From the NCBI RefSeq assembly GCF_009914755.1, contig NC_060937.1: 64,000 nt of DNA; one strand, written 5' to 3'. The position numbers were made by a program, and so were the translations under genes. Positions 62,980 to 64,000 of this stretch are shown piece by piece. This stretch comes from the human T2T-CHM13v2.0 reference genome, Homo sapiens. Each line of letters begins with the position of its first letter. Position 1 is the first letter of the stretch. The notes beneath the pieces were generated by a model. The model was not told where the DNA came from and did not search any database. It was given only the letters and a program-made list of their open reading frames with translations.

Positions 62980-64000
<1,021 letters not shown>

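Overview
Primate (very likely human) non-coding genomic DNA; I could not identify the locus. It is Alu-dense, with about 45 Alu copies or fragments. It also carries old L1, L2, MIR and CR1 remnants, Tigger3/MER2/MER5/MER53 DNA transposons, solo LTRs (MLT1, THE1, MSTA, a MER4-group LTR, LTR12, LTR16) and many simple repeats. No credible protein-coding exon was found; the longer ORFs in the track are largely Alu, L1 or simple-repeat artefacts. There is one 3'-truncated U6 snRNA retrocopy (28449-28511, minus strand) and a CpG-rich element with a near-consensus CTCF site (about 46.8-47.6 kb). The structures not explained by standard repeat annotation are: (i) two local inverted duplications, each pasted into an old L1 (11992-12138 vs 13258-13398; 60839-61056 vs 61612-61829); (ii) a ~31-copy 26-bp minisatellite grown from a segment of an L1MB 3' end, at the same L1 position that received the second inverted insertion; (iii) a patchwork of short templated segments at an LTR/Tigger junction; and (iv) apparent re-use of one target site by an L1 and the U6 copy. 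I see no evidence of a new gene system. Repeat subfamily names come from recalled consensus sequences and boundaries are approximate.
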